This document shows positions 9,597 through 19,752 of a stretch of 64,000 nt of DNA, one piece after another. The stretch spans positions 96,001 to 160,000 of the forward strand of contig CAXXVK010000060.1 of NCBI GenBank assembly GCA_963676915.2. Direction: 5' to 3'. The stretch is from Myxococcota bacterium. Lineage in GTDB: Bacteria > Myxococcota_A > SURF-8 > G963663525. Each line of letters starts with the position of its first letter. Within the stretch, counting starts at the first letter, position 1. The position numbers were made by a program, and so were the translations under genes. Below the pieces are notes generated by a model that saw nothing but the letters and a program-made list of their open reading frames with translations, ran no database searches and was not told the origin of the DNA.

Positions 9597-11021
9597 TCAT
9601 AAATCGAACTGAATCATGGTGACGATCATATCGTTATCGTAGTTGTAGCCTTCCAGTTCTTCTCGATGCAGATAGTTCAGGTCCATCCGAACATGGTCCG
9701 ATATATATACTTTGAGCCCGGCAGTGAGCCAACGTTTCTTCTGGGGGGCCAAATCGTCGATATCCGGGTTTTTGGAGAAGCCGTGGGTTTCGTCGTCGCC
9801 CTGCATTTGATCGACCCGGAAGGCCAGATCGAGGATGCCCGGCCAGGCGTGCACGATGAAATCGACGTGATATCCCCACCCTCGGGTTGCCTTGTCGCCA
9901 CCCGTCGCGGTGCCGTTGGCGAAATAATAGTCGTTGACGACGTATTCGCCCTCGACCGTGAAAATGTACAGGTGCATGCGGGCGTCGAAACCGAACCAGC
10001 GATATTCCACGCTGGTGAGGTATTTTTCCTTGGTCCAGGCGTAGCTACCACCGAGATTGAATTCGAAATCCCATAGCCACGTGCTTCTCGTTTTCGAAGT
10101 GGAAAAGCCGTTGCGAATGGCGGCGGTTTCATCGAGCAGTTGCGCCACATCGAAATCCACCCGTCCGGCGTACAGAAGCTGGTCCGTCTTTTTCATCTGC
10201 TCGGCGGCGAATTTCACCGAGTTGAAAACACCACCCGTCAACCGGACGATTTTCCAGGGGTCACCTGTTGCCAGACGAAAACCCAGTTGCCGTTTCGGAG
10301 TCAGGGCGTAGAGGTTGGGTTTGTAAATAAACTGGTTTTCGGAGGTGGATTTCATGTTGGCCTGGGAAAACGGGGCTTTCATCCGACCAATGCGAGCGTC
10401 GAATACCTTATAATAGTCCCAACCGACATAGGCGTCTTTCAGATATTCCTCGGAAGGCGAACCGTTTTTCTCTCGGGGGACGAGATCGAACTTGGCTTTG
10501 TAGTAAAACCCACTGTCGTTGAACCGGCCTTTCATACCCAGTTCCACGTTTTCGAGCACGAACCCGTTGCGGTGACCGAAGTAGGAAGGGTCCATTTTCT
10601 GCGAATCGATCTCCACCCGTTCGTTGGTGGAGGGGTCGGTCACCATGTGCTTGTCCCGGAAGGTGTAGACGAAGGCGGTACGAAGCAGCAGGATCGGTTC
10701 GAAACGCTCGTCCAGAAGCTTGGCTTTGGCCGGAGCGGTACGCCAGAAATCACCCTTCGGTGGCTCGACAGCGGATTCGCTTTCTTTAGCGATTTCATCC
10801 ACTTTAGCGGAAATTTCCTCCGGCGATAGATCGCCTTCGGTCGCTGTTGACTCAGGTTCGGACGAATCGGCGGGTTCTTCGATGGCCGGTTTCGGCTCGG
10901 GCGGCGTTTGAGTCCAACGGACGCTTCCCTGGGTGATTCGTTCGTACAATCCTGCGTGTGCCATGCCTGGCAGCAGCAAAACGACCATCAGTACCGAAAA
11001 GATCATGCCTTGAGTCTTCAC
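9597..11021 (-). CDS. Outer-membrane porin, OprO/OprP-like
   Basis: Signal peptide ending AHA; LKDAYV and RIGRMKAPFSQ motifs typical of phosphate-porin-like barrels; amphipathic C-terminal strand MIQFDL. Confidence 0.7.
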   Translation of the reverse strand: MKTQGMIFSVLMVVLLLPGMAHAGLYERITQGSVRWTQTPPEPKPAIEEPADSSEPESTATEGDLSPEEISAKVDEIAKESESAVEPPKGDFWRTAPAKAKLLDERFEPILLLRTAFVYTFRDKHMVTDPSTNERVEIDSQKMDPSYFGHRNGFVLENVELGMKGRFNDSGFYYKAKFDLVPREKNGSPSEEYLKDAYVGWDYYKVFDARIGRMKAPFSQANMKSTSENQFIYKPNLYALTPKRQLGFRLATGDPWKIVRLTGGVFNSVKFAAEQMKKTDQLLYAGRVDFDVAQLLDETAAIRNGFSTSKTRSTWLWDFEFNLGGSYAWTKEKYLTSVEYRWFGFDARMHLYIFTVEGEYVVNDYYFANGTATGGDKATRGWGYHVDFIVHAWPGILDLAFRVDQMQGDDETHGFSKNPDIDDLAPQKKRWLTAGLKVYISDHVRMDLNYLHREELEGYNYDNDMIVTMIQFDL

Positions 11022-11540
11022 GAATGATTCTCCTTCTTTTGGCGACGATTCCAGCTTAAGAAAATTCGTCTGAAATCGCTTTAAGGATCTGTAAACATTA
11101 CAAATCCGTTGAATTGTATGTTTGATCCTTGCATTGTAAAGTTAGGAACGTGTTAGAACGGCTTAAGGTTTCCATCGATTTCAAAGCGACGGTGTTTGTC
11201 TCTCAGGGTTGAAAACCTGCCCGAAGTGTACGAAATTTCTTGGCAAAGGCAAGGAAAACCGGGGGAGTATTGACGGAAGATTGTAACGTCTCGTGACGAT
11301 CCTTATGAAGAATCCGGGGTGAAGCCATCGACAAAAGCACTCCAAATTCCATCGAATGGCTCCGTTTCGTGAAAAAGGCCAGTGAAAATCTTGTAATATT
11401 TCCGGGGTTCTTCATAATGAAGTGAGGATATCGATTCGATGGACGGCTGGGACGACTTCTCGTGACGCTTTTTCTTTTCCCCATTGCCTCGTCTTTTTCC
11501 GTTTCTCGACGCACGACAACACCTGACTTGGAGTTTTTGA

Positions 11541-14500
11541 ATGAACGGTAGGAATTTCACTTTTTTGTCTTCCCGATCTTTTTCACAACTCGGAATCGCA
11601 ACCTTTGTCTTCGTGACCGTACTTCTTTCATGCACGTTGGCTCAGGCGCAAAGCCTCCAAAAAGCGCCGGTGAATCCGGCTTTTGAGGATTACCGCGACT
11701 CACGGCAGGCCGACAGCCACCGCCGCGATATCAGCACCTCCCGCACGTTGGGTTGGATTCCCTCGCCCGTGTTGCTTCCGCAGGTCGATGTCGCTCCCCC
11801 GGCGGACTGGCCTATTCTGCGCTTCACAACCTCTTACGATCTACGAAGCGAGGGCAGACTGACACCCGTTCGCAACCAGCTCGATTGCGGCGCTTGCTGG
11901 ACTTTCGCGACGTATTCCGCCTTCGAATCCTACCTAATGCCCTCGGAGAGTACTGATTTTAGCGAAAACCACATGAAAAACACCCATGGCTTCGACAACG
12001 CCCCCTGCGACGGTGGTCAGATTCAGATGTCGAGCGCTTACCTCGCCCGCTGGGGCGGTCCGATCAACGAAACGGACGATCCTTACAACGATTGGGATGA
12101 CCGACCCAGCCCCGGTGGAACGGTGCAAAAACACGTTCATGAAATCCTCTGGCTTCCCGACCGCACAGGCAGTTTGGACAATGACGCCATTAAAAGCGCT
12201 CTTATCAATACCGGTGCGGTCATGACCACGATGCGGTGGGAAGACGACTCTTACAACAGCGCTACCCAGAGCTATTACTATTCCGGTTCCGATGTGGGAA
12301 ACCATGGCGTGGCGATCGTCGGTTGGGACGACAATTACAGCAGTGCGAATTTTTCGCCCAGTGCGCCGGGAAACGGCGCGTTTTTGATCCGAAATAGCTG
12401 GGGTGCAGATTTCGGTCTGAGCGGGTATTTTTACATTTCGTATTACGACAGTGTGGTTGGATCGAACTGTGCCGTGTACAAACACGATCTCGATGGCGAG
12501 GTTCCCGAATACGACAATATTTATTCCTACGATCCGTTGGGCATGGTTTCTTCTATTGGATACGGAAACGAAACCGCGTACGGCGGCAACGTATTCACCG
12601 CTGAACGGGACGAAACCATCGGCGGTGTCGGCTTTTTCCTTTCCAGTGCCGGTTCCAGTTATACCGTGTCGATTTACACGTCGGTGACATCGAATCCCAC
12701 CAGCGGAAATCTGGTCGCCACGAAAAGCGGTTCTCAAACCTACGCTGGATTTTACACCGTCGATTTCAGGGACGAGGCGATATCGGTAACGGCGGGTGAG
12801 AAATTCGCCGCCGTCGTGAAATACACCACACCGGAAAACAGTCATCCGGTTCCCATCGAAACCTACTTAGCCGATTATTCCAGCGCGGTTTCCGCCAATG
12901 CGAACGAAAGTTTCATCAGCTACAACGGCACGGCATGGATCGATCTCAACAGCTACGATTCCAACGCCAACATTACGATCAAGGTTTTCACCGATACACC
13001 GGCTGAAGAGCCGCAATGCGATGTCTGCGATGACTCTACCCCTTGCCCGGACGGATACGAATGCGTACAGTACACCAGCGGTGATGGTGGCCTTTTTTGT
13101 GTGAAAGACTGTACGCAGGGTGAAAGCTGCCCGTCGGGCTCTACCTGTTACGAAGCTTGGGAAGATAAAAACCTCTGCGCTCCAAACGTTACTGCCAGTG
13201 AATGCCAGGGCAATGACGCCATGTATACCGATAGCTGCGGTTTCGATTTCGGTATTGAAGACTGTGCCGACGACATCGATTGCACAACCGACAGTTGCAT
13301 CATCGATGGAGGATTCGCCGCCTGCCTTCATGAGAGTGACCATTCTGCCTGTCAGGACGGCTTGTATTGCAACGGCGAGGAAATCTGCGATACCAGAAAT
13401 GGCTGTGAGGGAGGCACATCCCCCGATACGGACGATGGAATCTCCTGCACCGCCGACAGTTGCGAGGAAGGTTCGGATACAGGAGATAACCTCGGCACCA
13501 TCGTCCATACGCCGAATTCCTCGCTGTGTCAGAACGGCTTGTTCTGTGACGGTGAGGAAATTTGCGACGTGACCCAAGGCTGTATCGATGGCGAAGATCC
13601 TTCTACCGAAGACGACGACCTGTGCACCGAGGGAACCTGTCTCGAAGGAAGCAACCTCACCGATAACCTCGGCACCATCGAGCAGAGAAGCACCGCCGCC
13701 GATTGCCTGGACGGTTTGTACTGCAACGGCGCGGAAACCTGCGACCCCAGCCTCGGCTGTCAAGACGGCGTTCCTCCCAACATCAGCGACGGAATTTCCT
13801 GTACCGTCGATATCTGCCATGAAGGAAGCGACCTGACGGATAATACAGGCTTTTTGGAGCACGATCCCGACCCGACCGCCTGCCAGGACGGTCTATACTG
13901 CAACGGCGAAGAAGTTTGCAGCGCTACCCAAGGCTGTATCGCCGGTACGGCTCCGGTTCTGGGCGACGGTATCGATTGCACCGAGGATGATTGCTACGAA
14001 GGAAGCGATACCACCGACAATTACGGCATGGTGCTGCATCACGAAAATTCCGCCCTGTGTCAAGACGGTCTGTTCTGCAACGGCGAGGAAATCTGCAATG
14101 CCAACCAAGGCTGTATCGCGGGTACGGCCGTCGCCACGAACGACGGCATCGACTGCACCTTGGATGGTTGCACCGAAGGAAGCGATACCACCGACAACGT
14201 GGGTGTCATCACGCACACACCCAATATAGCTCGTTGTCAGGACGGTTTGTACTGTAACGGCCAGGAAATCTGTGACGCCGTGCAAGGCTGCTTGGCCGGA
14301 ACGCCGCCGGATACGAACGATGGCATCCCCTGCACCGTCGATCGTTGTGATGAAGGCGCTACTCCCGTCGATGACGCCGGAGCTATCCTGCACGAGCCTG
14401 ATTCCTCTTTCTGTCAGAACGGATTGTTCTGTGACGGTGAGGAAATCTGCGACGCCACCCAGGGTTGTATCGCCGGAACGGCTCCGACAGTAGACGACGG

Positions 14501-16589
14501 TATCATCTGTACCGACGACAGTTGCCGCGAAGGAAGCGACACCACCGACAACTATGGCATGGTGCTGCACTATGAAAATCCGACGCTGTGCCAGAACGGA
14601 TTGTTCTGTGATGGCGAGGAAGTCTGCAACGCTACTCAAGGCTGTATTGCCGGAACATTGCCGAATTTGGACGATGGCATCGGTTGCACCGTCGATAGCT
14701 GTTCCGAAGGCGAAAATCCGAACGACAATGCGGGAAATATCCTGCATTCTCCACAGGATAACCTCTGCAACGATTCCAATTCCTGCACGACGGAAACCTG
14801 CAACGAGTCCCAAGGTTGCGTACCCGAAGCCGTGACGGATGGAACCCTGTGCACCACCACCGACAGCGTATCGGGAACCTGCATGGCCGGGCAATGCATC
14901 TCCGATTGCGCGCAGGACAACGATTGCGACGATGGCTTGGACTGCACTGAGGATCGTTGCGATACCAACGTAGGACAATGCAGGTACACGCCTGTTGATA
15001 CGTATTGCAACGACTCCAATTCCTGTACGACGGAAACCTGCGATATTTTGCAAGGTTGCTTGTTCCAGAACGTGAGCGACGGAATGATATGCACCACCAC
15101 CGACAATGCCGGGGGAACCTGTCAGACCGGGCAATGCGTCTCCGAATGCGCAAACGACAACGATTGCAACGACGATGTGGCTTGCACCGTGGATCAATGC
15201 GACATCACGAGAGGGGCGTGCTCTCACCAACGAAACGACGATGCCTGTAACGATGACAATCCCTGCACCGAGGAACTCTGCGACGTGATTCAGGGATGTT
15301 TGTATAATCCTGTCGAAGGCGACTGCGACGATGGTTTGTACTGCACTGTAGACGACCTCTGCGTCGGTGGCGAATGCCAGGGCGGCTCTCCTTTGGAGTG
15401 CGGTGGAAGTTGCCTGAGTGGTGAATGCAGTGAAGCCGCTCAAGGCTGCACGGGAGAAGTATTGCCCGATGGCACCGAGTGTGATGACGGCAACCTCTGT
15501 ACGATCGATGATGCTTGTCAAGGCGGAACCTGCGAGGGGCAGGACGACGACTGCGACAACGACAATCCCTGCACTGAGGGTCATTGCGATCCCGATCAGG
15601 GCTGCATGCAAACGAATCTAGCCGATTGGACGGCCTGCACGCCTACCGATTCGGACTACGGCTTCTGCTTCGACGGTCTTTGCGAGCCACGAGCCGAAAA
15701 CGATGTGTGCGATCAGGCCCTAACGCTGGAACTGGATGCGTCCGAGGTCGTCGAACTCGATCTTCTGCATTCCACACAAACGGTGGATACTCCCTGTTAT
15801 TCCGGTCAGTTGCAAGGACCGGACGCCTATTTCCGCTTTGATAGCGAAGTCGATTGGACCTACTCCATCGAAGTCTCCACGGGGGATAACGTACGGCTGG
15901 CTGCCGCACTGTGGGGCGATTGTCCCGATGCGGATGGAAGTTGCCTTGGGGCACTGGAAAGCACAATGGAGGGAGAAACGGTTCTTCTTGAAGATATCGA
16001 AGGCGACAGTGAAAGCTACGTGGTGCAGATCCTCGTGACGGAAGGTTTTAGCGCGAATAGCGGACAGGAATTCACGGTGACGGTGACCGGCGAGGAAATT
16101 GTTCCCGTCGATGGCGATGAAGAAATGGACGATGATATCGAAGAAGCCGGCAACGACGACCCCGCAGAAACCGACCTTTGGGAAGAACCGGAAGCCGAAG
16201 AGGCGGATCTTTGGGAAGACGAGCAGGATATCGTGGAAATTGAATACGAGTTCGATGACGAATACCAGCCCGGTGACCAAGACCTGGATCTTCCTGTGGA
16301 AGAAGAAATCGAACTCGAGCCTGGGGATGAAGACGACGAATTTTCCACCGAAGACGAATTTTCCGACGAAGACGAACTTTCCACTGAAGACGAACTTTCG
16401 GAGAACGATATCGTGGAATCGACTGAGGTGCTCTCCGAACTCGAAGAAGCCGTGGTTGAGGAACAACGGTTTTCGACCGAATCTTCCGGTTGTACCGGTA
16501 CCGGAAGTGGGTCATGGCCAGGAGCATTGCTGATGCTCGTGCTATTGGCTCTTGGGAGGCGTACCAGGCAAGGGAAAGTGAATCGATAG
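11541..16589 (+). CDS. Cell-surface papain-family (C1A) cysteine protease with a lectin-like domain, Cys-rich repeats, acidic stalk and MYXO-CTERM-like tail
   Basis: Signal peptide; QLDCGACWTF (Gln/Cys), NHGVAIVGW (His), IRNSWG (Asn); C-terminal SSGC..hydrophobic..RRTR. Confidence 0.9.
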   Translation: MNGRNFTFLSSRSFSQLGIATFVFVTVLLSCTLAQAQSLQKAPVNPAFEDYRDSRQADSHRRDISTSRTLGWIPSPVLLPQVDVAPPADWPILRFTTSYDLRSEGRLTPVRNQLDCGACWTFATYSAFESYLMPSESTDFSENHMKNTHGFDNAPCDGGQIQMSSAYLARWGGPINETDDPYNDWDDRPSPGGTVQKHVHEILWLPDRTGSLDNDAIKSALINTGAVMTTMRWEDDSYNSATQSYYYSGSDVGNHGVAIVGWDDNYSSANFSPSAPGNGAFLIRNSWGADFGLSGYFYISYYDSVVGSNCAVYKHDLDGEVPEYDNIYSYDPLGMVSSIGYGNETAYGGNVFTAERDETIGGVGFFLSSAGSSYTVSIYTSVTSNPTSGNLVATKSGSQTYAGFYTVDFRDEAISVTAGEKFAAVVKYTTPENSHPVPIETYLADYSSAVSANANESFISYNGTAWIDLNSYDSNANITIKVFTDTPAEEPQCDVCDDSTPCPDGYECVQYTSGDGGLFCVKDCTQGESCPSGSTCYEAWEDKNLCAPNVTASECQGNDAMYTDSCGFDFGIEDCADDIDCTTDSCIIDGGFAACLHESDHSACQDGLYCNGEEICDTRNGCEGGTSPDTDDGISCTADSCEEGSDTGDNLGTIVHTPNSSLCQNGLFCDGEEICDVTQGCIDGEDPSTEDDDLCTEGTCLEGSNLTDNLGTIEQRSTAADCLDGLYCNGAETCDPSLGCQDGVPPNISDGISCTVDICHEGSDLTDNTGFLEHDPDPTACQDGLYCNGEEVCSATQGCIAGTAPVLGDGIDCTEDDCYEGSDTTDNYGMVLHHENSALCQDGLFCNGEEICNANQGCIAGTAVATNDGIDCTLDGCTEGSDTTDNVGVITHTPNIARCQDGLYCNGQEICDAVQGCLAGTPPDTNDGIPCTVDRCDEGATPVDDAGAILHEPDSSFCQNGLFCDGEEICDATQGCIAGTAPTVDDGIICTDDSCREGSDTTDNYGMVLHYENPTLCQNGLFCDGEEVCNATQGCIAGTLPNLDDGIGCTVDSCSEGENPNDNAGNILHSPQDNLCNDSNSCTTETCNESQGCVPEAVTDGTLCTTTDSVSGTCMAGQCISDCAQDNDCDDGLDCTEDRCDTNVGQCRYTPVDTYCNDSNSCTTETCDILQGCLFQNVSDGMICTTTDNAGGTCQTGQCVSECANDNDCNDDVACTVDQCDITRGACSHQRNDDACNDDNPCTEELCDVIQGCLYNPVEGDCDDGLYCTVDDLCVGGECQGGSPLECGGSCLSGECSEAAQGCTGEVLPDGTECDDGNLCTIDDACQGGTCEGQDDDCDNDNPCTEGHCDPDQGCMQTNLADWTACTPTDSDYGFCFDGLCEPRAENDVCDQALTLELDASEVVELDLLHSTQTVDTPCYSGQLQGPDAYFRFDSEVDWTYSIEVSTGDNVRLAAALWGDCPDADGSCLGALESTMEGETVLLEDIEGDSESYVVQILVTEGFSANSGQEFTVTVTGEEIVPVDGDEEMDDDIEEAGNDDPAETDLWEEPEAEEADLWEDEQDIVEIEYEFDDEYQPGDQDLDLPVEEEIELEPGDEDDEFSTEDEFSDEDELSTEDELSENDIVESTEVLSELEEAVVEEQRFSTESSGCTGTGSGSWPGALLMLVLLALGRRTRQGKVNR
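13350..14765 (+). repeat. Eight tandem 177-bp (59-aa) Cys-rich coding repeats
   Basis: Units CQ(D/N)GL(Y/F)C(N/D)GEEIC..GC..DDGIxCTxDxCxEG start at 13350, 13527, 13704, 13881, 14058, 14235, 14412 and 14589. Confidence 0.93.
14766..15245 (+). repeat. Two tandem 240-bp (80-aa) Cys-rich coding repeats
   Basis: CNDSNSCTTETC...DG..CTTTD...GTC..GQC starts at 14766 and 15006. Confidence 0.85.
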
Positions 16590-16599
16590 TTTCTAGCGG

Positions 16600-16733
16600 C
16601 AGGTCGGGCAATAAATTTGTCCGACCTGTGTAAACGTTCGGAGTTATTATAAAAATAGGCTTCTAGAAGTAGTAGGTCGGGCTAATTTTTAGCCCGACAC
16701 TTTGGCATTGTCGGGCAAGAAATTTGCCCGACC
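16600..16733. repeat. REP family A cluster: one single palindrome (16600-16628) and one doublet (16672-16733)
   Basis: CAGGTCGGGCAATAAATTTGTCCGACCTG; GTAGGTCGGGCTAATTTTTAGCCCGAC-ACTTTGGCATT-GTCGGGCAAGAAATTTGCCCGACC; between convergent genes. Confidence 0.85.
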
Positions 16734-16785
16734 GATTTTTTCCCAAAAATCACGACTGTTGCGAAATCATTGAAAAATTAAGGTT

Positions 16786-17373
16786 CTAATCATCGTCGAA
16801 AAGGGTCACATCCGAGTCGTCCAGGTGGTTGACGACCTGTTTTCGGAACTGATTCTCTTCGCGCCGGATTTCCGAGAGTTGCGAGCCAAGGCGGTGTACC
16901 CAGACGGTCCATTCCGAGGTGACGTAGTGGATTTTACGTCCCACGAGACCGCCAACGTTCTCGGCAACAATGGGAATGCCTTCGTTTTTCAGGTACCAGC
17001 GGGCGAACCTGACATTGGCCTGACCGATGCTTCCTTCCTCTTTCGCACCGGCCAGCACCACACTTCCACCGAAAATTTTGGCTTGTAAATGGGTTCGCGA
17101 GGCACCGTAGTGCATCATCCGGTTGATCAGTAATTCCGTGGCGTTGATCCCGTAGCGGCCGGATTGGGAAAGCTGATAATCATTGTCGTGGGGCTTTTTC
17201 GGCAGCAGAAAATGGTTCATTCCCGCCACGCCGTTTTTGACGTCTTTCAAACAAATGGCAATACAGGAACCGAGCACCGTTTCGAGAATCATGTCATTGT
17301 TCGTGACATAGAATTCTCCCGGATGCAGAAGCACGCGTGTCCGATCGCCACGAATCCGATTGAATTTGACCAT
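16786..17373 (-). CDS. cheD: Chemoreceptor glutamine deamidase CheD (orphan)
   Basis: LHPGEFYV, TVLGSCIAICL, GMNHFLLP, AKIFGG, IGQANV motifs. Confidence 0.93.
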   Translation of the reverse strand: MVKFNRIRGDRTRVLLHPGEFYVTNNDMILETVLGSCIAICLKDVKNGVAGMNHFLLPKKPHDNDYQLSQSGRYGINATELLINRMMHYGASRTHLQAKIFGGSVVLAGAKEEGSIGQANVRFARWYLKNEGIPIVAENVGGLVGRKIHYVTSEWTVWVHRLGSQLSEIRREENQFRKQVVNHLDDSDVTLFDDD

Positions 17374-17559
17374 CGTCTGTCCGCGTCCTTCCTTCGCAAT
17401 GCATCAACTCTTTCTATACAATCGTTACAATTTCATAAAAGTAAACTCTAAAATCACAATATAGGAAGAATAGATTAATATGCACACTACGGAGTTTTTG
17501 TTTTTACTCGCGAAATACCTGATGGGAATATTCGTGAGTAGAATGCGTCTCACCCGTTT

Positions 17560-19752
17560 TTAGCGTTTTTTCGGTTTTTCCAGCGACAAGATCGGTTGCA
17601 ATTCATCCAGGCCATGCACGTCGGCGTAGCCCTGCCAGACACCGAAACACTGTGCGTCGAAGACACAACGAGCGCATTGGGGAGCTTTGATTTTTTCCCT
17701 TGCCACCATCCTTGTTCCGGCGTCGAGCGATTCTCCCGCCAGTTTCAACGATTGCAGACGCTGATACTCCAGCGAAAGTTCCCAGTGACCGGCGAAACGA
17801 CAGGGCGGAATGGTCAGTGCGTTGGTGATTTCCAGACCGGCGTCAATGGCTTTGTCAAGGGCACGCCCTAACGGTTCTTCGATCTGTGTGAACGTCGGCA
17901 GCAATTCGGGATGCTTTTTTCCTGCACCCATGTGCTGATTGAGCAGCACATCGATTTTCCGCACCCCTTGGAGTTCTCGTACGACGAAATCGACGAAATT
18001 TGGCAAATCCTCGCAATTTCGAGTGGTTATGACATGACTCAGCCCGACTCGGACACCGTGGCTCACTAAATTTCGAATGCCTTGAACTGTTTTTTTCCAG
18101 GTTCCGGGAACCTGGGTCAGTGCATCGGAAATCTCCGGCCTATGGGAATGCAGCGACACCATCGCCTCATCCAGGCCGCTTTCGGCCAACTCCCGAGCCA
18201 GACTTTCGTTTTCGAGTTTGACGGCGTTGGTTTGCAGCGCGACACGTAAGAAGCCTAAATCCTTCGCGAAACGAATCAGTCGGGGGAGGTCTTCGTGCAG
18301 TGTAGGTTCGCCGCCGGTGAGCGTCAGCCGGCGATTACCCAGTGAATACGCACGTTCGAGAACCTGCCGCGACCGTTTCGTATCATGGTGGATTTTCGAA
18401 TGTTTATCCGTTGCTACGTTGCAGAACAAACAACGTTGGTTGCAAACGTTGTCCAGCCGAAACACTTTTTCTTCCATCGAGGCCTGGCCGGGTCGTGGGG
18501 TAAACAGCTCCGCCAGTTCGTCGAGATCTCCGTTCGCTTTGGGAACAAGCTGTACACTGTCCAAAATACCCTGGGCGCTCAACGGATTGTAACGGGTGGC
18601 CTGCATGGCGAAACGGGTGAGCAGCCGGACGTCTTCGTCGAGAAACGTTTCCTTTTCCCATCCCTCCAAAAGCCTTTTGCGGTTTCGATTGAAGCTTTCG
18701 GCAATGGATGCAAGCTGCCGGTTTTCCACGGCTTTTTCCACGGCTTGGCCGTATTCGTCGAAACGCATTCGGGGAAGTGCTTCCCAGAATGCGTGCGAGC
18801 GATCGTCCGTGTCCCGGTAGGAGTCGATCAGACGGTGTGCCGTTCGCATGGCTTCTCGTCCGGCACGAGCGTTTTCCCAGGGGTGTCCCCCGCTACGGAC
18901 TAGCGCGACGAAATGTTGGATCATCGTATCGAAGGCGTTGCCGGATTCGAAAGGTACCGCCAGCGTTCGTCCCTTCGTTTTCAGGGTCAGTCGTTCGCGT
19001 GTTTCTTTCAGCATCCAGGTCAACTCTCCCCGTTCTCCCACCAATCGCAATGAACGCGACAACGGCTCGCCCGGGGTGTGACGAAGGATGAACTCTCCCG
19101 TTCCCCACTCGAAACGCAGCGTTGCCCGGCAACGTTCCCGACCTTCACGGGCGTCCAATTGGGAGGTTCTCAGACTTTCTACAGGCCCGCCGAAACGGTT
19201 GATCAAGTAGGACTGATGAACCAGACGCTGGTAGAGTTGCTCGAAATTCTGTTGGTTTCCTTCGCGTGAATCGCCTTTGGGACTGGACTCGCCCCCACGT
19301 TTTTCCACCGAAAGTTCGACCGGCGAACCGATCGCTCCTTTGGCGAACAACGCCGCCATTTTCAATAAAGCGGGCTGAAAAAGATCCGTATGACCGACCA
19401 GTAAAAATGCGTCGTTGGATTCGACCGCCTCCACGAGTTTTCCGGCCTCTTCGTCGGAATCGGCCAGCGGTTTTTCCACAAGTACCGGGATTCCCGCTTC
19501 AATACACTGCAAGGCTTGTTCGGCGTGCAAACGAGTCGGGGTGCAGAGACTGACGGCATCGGGCCGGAGATCGAGCAGGCGTTCCAGCGAGTCACAGACA
19601 CGGACCTTCCACCGAGCGGCAAAGCGTTCGGTCTTTTCCGTTTTTCCACCGACCACACCGACGAGTTCCACCCCGTCGATTTTGTCATATCCTTCGGCGT
19701 GGCGTGTGGCCGTGTATCCTGCACCGACGATGCCGATTCTCAAGGTTTTCAA
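17560..19752 (-). CDS. Fusion of a Gfo/Idh/MocA NAD(P)-dependent oxidoreductase and a radical SAM domain with a C-terminal Cys cluster
   Basis: TTG start overlapping the upstream stop (TTGA), after AAGGGAG. RIGIVGAG, LCTPTRLH, VLVEKPLA; then CNQRCLFC, LTGGEPTL, LQTNA, IPPC and CARC-x5-CFG. Confidence 0.85.
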   Translation of the reverse strand: MKTLRIGIVGAGYTATRHAEGYDKIDGVELVGVVGGKTEKTERFAARWKVRVCDSLERLLDLRPDAVSLCTPTRLHAEQALQCIEAGIPVLVEKPLADSDEEAGKLVEAVESNDAFLLVGHTDLFQPALLKMAALFAKGAIGSPVELSVEKRGGESSPKGDSREGNQQNFEQLYQRLVHQSYLINRFGGPVESLRTSQLDAREGRERCRATLRFEWGTGEFILRHTPGEPLSRSLRLVGERGELTWMLKETRERLTLKTKGRTLAVPFESGNAFDTMIQHFVALVRSGGHPWENARAGREAMRTAHRLIDSYRDTDDRSHAFWEALPRMRFDEYGQAVEKAVENRQLASIAESFNRNRKRLLEGWEKETFLDEDVRLLTRFAMQATRYNPLSAQGILDSVQLVPKANGDLDELAELFTPRPGQASMEEKVFRLDNVCNQRCLFCNVATDKHSKIHHDTKRSRQVLERAYSLGNRRLTLTGGEPTLHEDLPRLIRFAKDLGFLRVALQTNAVKLENESLARELAESGLDEAMVSLHSHRPEISDALTQVPGTWKKTVQGIRNLVSHGVRVGLSHVITTRNCEDLPNFVDFVVRELQGVRKIDVLLNQHMGAGKKHPELLPTFTQIEEPLGRALDKAIDAGLEITNALTIPPCRFAGHWELSLEYQRLQSLKLAGESLDAGTRMVAREKIKAPQCARCVFDAQCFGVWQGYADVHGLDELQPILSLEKPKKR

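Noticed and set aside
13350-14765. Regular repeats here and at 46609-47070 as a possible CRISPR array or DGR
   Set aside because: Unit lengths are multiples of three, they encode Cys-rich protein repeats, and there are no unique spacers, cas genes or reverse transcriptase.
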